From an uncultured Spirochaetia bacterium (lineage in GTDB: Bacteria; Oederibacteriota; PGYV01; Palsa-1178): a stretch of DNA of 64,000 bases. How positions within the stretch are numbered: position 1 is the first letter of the stretch; the number at the start of each line of letters is the position of its first letter. Below the pieces are notes generated by a model. The model saw nothing but the letters and a program-made list of their open reading frames with translations, was not told where the DNA came from and searched no databases. This document shows positions 62,695-64,000 of this stretch, piece after piece. The stretch lies in the NCBI GenBank assembly GCA_964565765.1, contig CAZMGF010000007.1, forward strand, positions 3,222-67,221, read 5' to 3'. The position numbers were made by a program, and so were the translations under genes.

Positions 62695-64000
62695 CTACTT
62701 CTGCACTATAAACTTGTTTATTTTATATTTAATTTCTTTTCCGGATGCCGTCACGGCTTTTATCAGGTAATAATAAACGCCCCTGCTAAACCGTGAAATA
62801 TTGACCCCTGTAATTTCCGCAATATTTGACGCCGCCACATTACTCCCCGAAACTGTCTTGACTAAATTTCCGGCGAAATCAAATATATTTATTGTTACAC
62901 TGGCGGTTTCGTTGAGCGAAAAAACAAACGAAATGCTTGATGAAGCGGGCATCGGATAAACATAAGAATCGTCATTGGCCGGGATATCCAGTGAAGCCAC
63001 AGGCGTGGGTGTCGTAGTATATGTAGGAGTAGGCGATTCAATAGGGGTCACTGTGTACGTTGGAGAAACCGTCCATGTCTGTGTAATTGTCGGCGTAATT
63101 GTAGCGGTTATTAAATATCCGGAATTGGGGCAAAAATTGGCGTAAATTGACCATTCCCGTGATTGCTGTGAATAACCGCTGCCGAACGGATCCGGAAGGG
63201 TCCCGAATGTATTGGCAATAACCGCACCCTCTCCCGGCAATGAATCCGTGTAATAAACTCCGATACCTGTCTGCGCTTCGACGGCAAGCCAATAAAAACC
63301 CGCTGAAAGCGGCATAACAGGGATGCTTACCACATTCCATCCCGGCGAACACGTAATCGGAGCGGACGGAACAATAAGCGAATCCGGAGCGTCGGAATTA
63401 TCAGAATAAATTGCCGCCATTATCATGCCGCTGCCGGAGCTCACATAAACATTAAGTTGCAATATTGTTGAATCCTGAAGCAGTTGGAACCTGCTTGCAT
63501 AAAGGCTTGATCCGCCGCTTATCATAACACTGGAACCGGAGTTGTTTCCGAATGTGCCAGCGGCGCAGACTGTAAGGGTCAGTGTTGGCGTTGCTGTAGG
63601 TATGCTTGTAAAAGTATTGGTTACCGTAAATGTCTGGCTTGGTGTTTGCGTTAAAGAATCCGTCCCGGTAGCCGTTTGCGTAACCGTCCAGGTATAAGTA
63701 GAAGTATATGTCGGAGTAATTGTTTTAGTATGAGAATATGTTTCAGTTGGAGTATATGTATAAGCATCCGTTCCGGTCAGCGTAAAAGTAAATGTGGGTG
63801 TTCCGGTAAAAGTCGGCGATATGCTCGATGTGGGTGTAATTGTAGCTGATATTAAAATAGTTGTCGCCGTCTGTGTTATTGACCATGTGGGCGTGATTGA
63901 AGGTGTTTTTGAAGGGCTCGCAGTCAGAGTGGCTGATAATGTGCATGTAAGGGTTGGTGTGTTTGTCGCGGTAATGGTAACAGTGGGAGTATATGTCTGC
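62695..64000 (-). CDS. Secreted protein with Thr-rich stalks, a small beta-domain and a T9SS type-A-like CTD; 5'-truncated by the window edge
   Basis: The frame is open from 64000 (..QTYTPTVTITATN..) through the track ORF 62695-63525. CTD: YVYPMPA...IFDFAGNLVK...GVYYYLIK...KFIVQK. Confidence 0.85.
   Translation of the reverse strand, partial: QTYTPTVTITATNTPTLTCTLSATLTASPSKTPSITPTWSITQTATTILISATITPTSSISPTFTGTPTFTFTLTGTDAYTYTPTETYSHTKTITPTYTSTYTWTVTQTATGTDSLTQTPSQTFTVTNTFTSIPTATPTLTLTVCAAGTFGNNSGSSVMISGGSSLYASRFQLLQDSTILQLNVYVSSGSGMIMAAIYSDNSDAPDSLIVPSAPITCSPGWNVVSIPVMPLSAGFYWLAVEAQTGIGVYYTDSLPGEGAVIANTFGTLPDPFGSGYSQQSREWSIYANFCPNSGYLITATITPTITQTWTVSPTYTVTPIESPTPTYTTTPTPVASLDIPANDDSYVYPMPASSSISFVFSLNETASVTINIFDFAGNLVKTVSGSNVAASNIAEITGVNISRFSRGVYYYLIKAVTASGKEIKYKINKFIVQK

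Noticed and set aside
1-64000. CRISPR arrays, rRNA/tRNA genes, IS elements, prophage or defence genes
   Set aside because: No regularly spaced direct repeats, tRNA/rRNA motifs, transposase, integrase or nuclease signatures were seen by eye; tRNAscan and CRISPR finders were not run.

Overview
The window is gene-dense, roughly mid-GC DNA from a diderm bacterium. The mix of FlgD-Ig/T9SS-like C-terminal domains, PorV-like barrels, Thr-rich stalks and many TPR fusions resembles poorly characterised lineages such as Ca. Goldbacteria/Firestonebacteria/Elusimicrobiota; this is inference from protein style only. (1) About 22.3-58.1 kb is one minus-strand flagellar gene cluster: flgBC-fliEFG-(fliH-fliI fused)-fliJK-flgDE-flbD-motAB-fliLMNOP | fliQR-flhBA-sigma54 activator-small membrane protein-fliA-hybrid kinase | flgFGAHI | flgMN-flgKL-fliW-csrA | fliC | fliD-hyp-fliS. 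Unusual points are a natural FliH-FliI fusion, FliM without the CheY-binding peptide, Cys-less FlgH, FlgM with an insertion, and no che, flhF, flhG or flgJ genes in the window. (2) Four near-identical sigma54 promoters with a variant -12 element (TGTGC) each have a tandem 16-bp palindromic enhancer-like motif upstream. One of them precedes a non-flagellar barrel-TPR plus LRR-lipoprotein gene pair, which may therefore belong to the flagellar regulon. At least three sigma28-type promoters are visible, one in front of an orphan gene. (3) Both flanks carry three gene pairs of a large secreted CTD-bearing protein followed by a PorV-like barrel; one pair is in an apparent operon with a PilT-TPR ATPase and an M50-like peptidase. 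Also present are pepA, a MerR regulator, ComFB and PilZ. I saw no rRNA, tRNA, CRISPR array or IS element.
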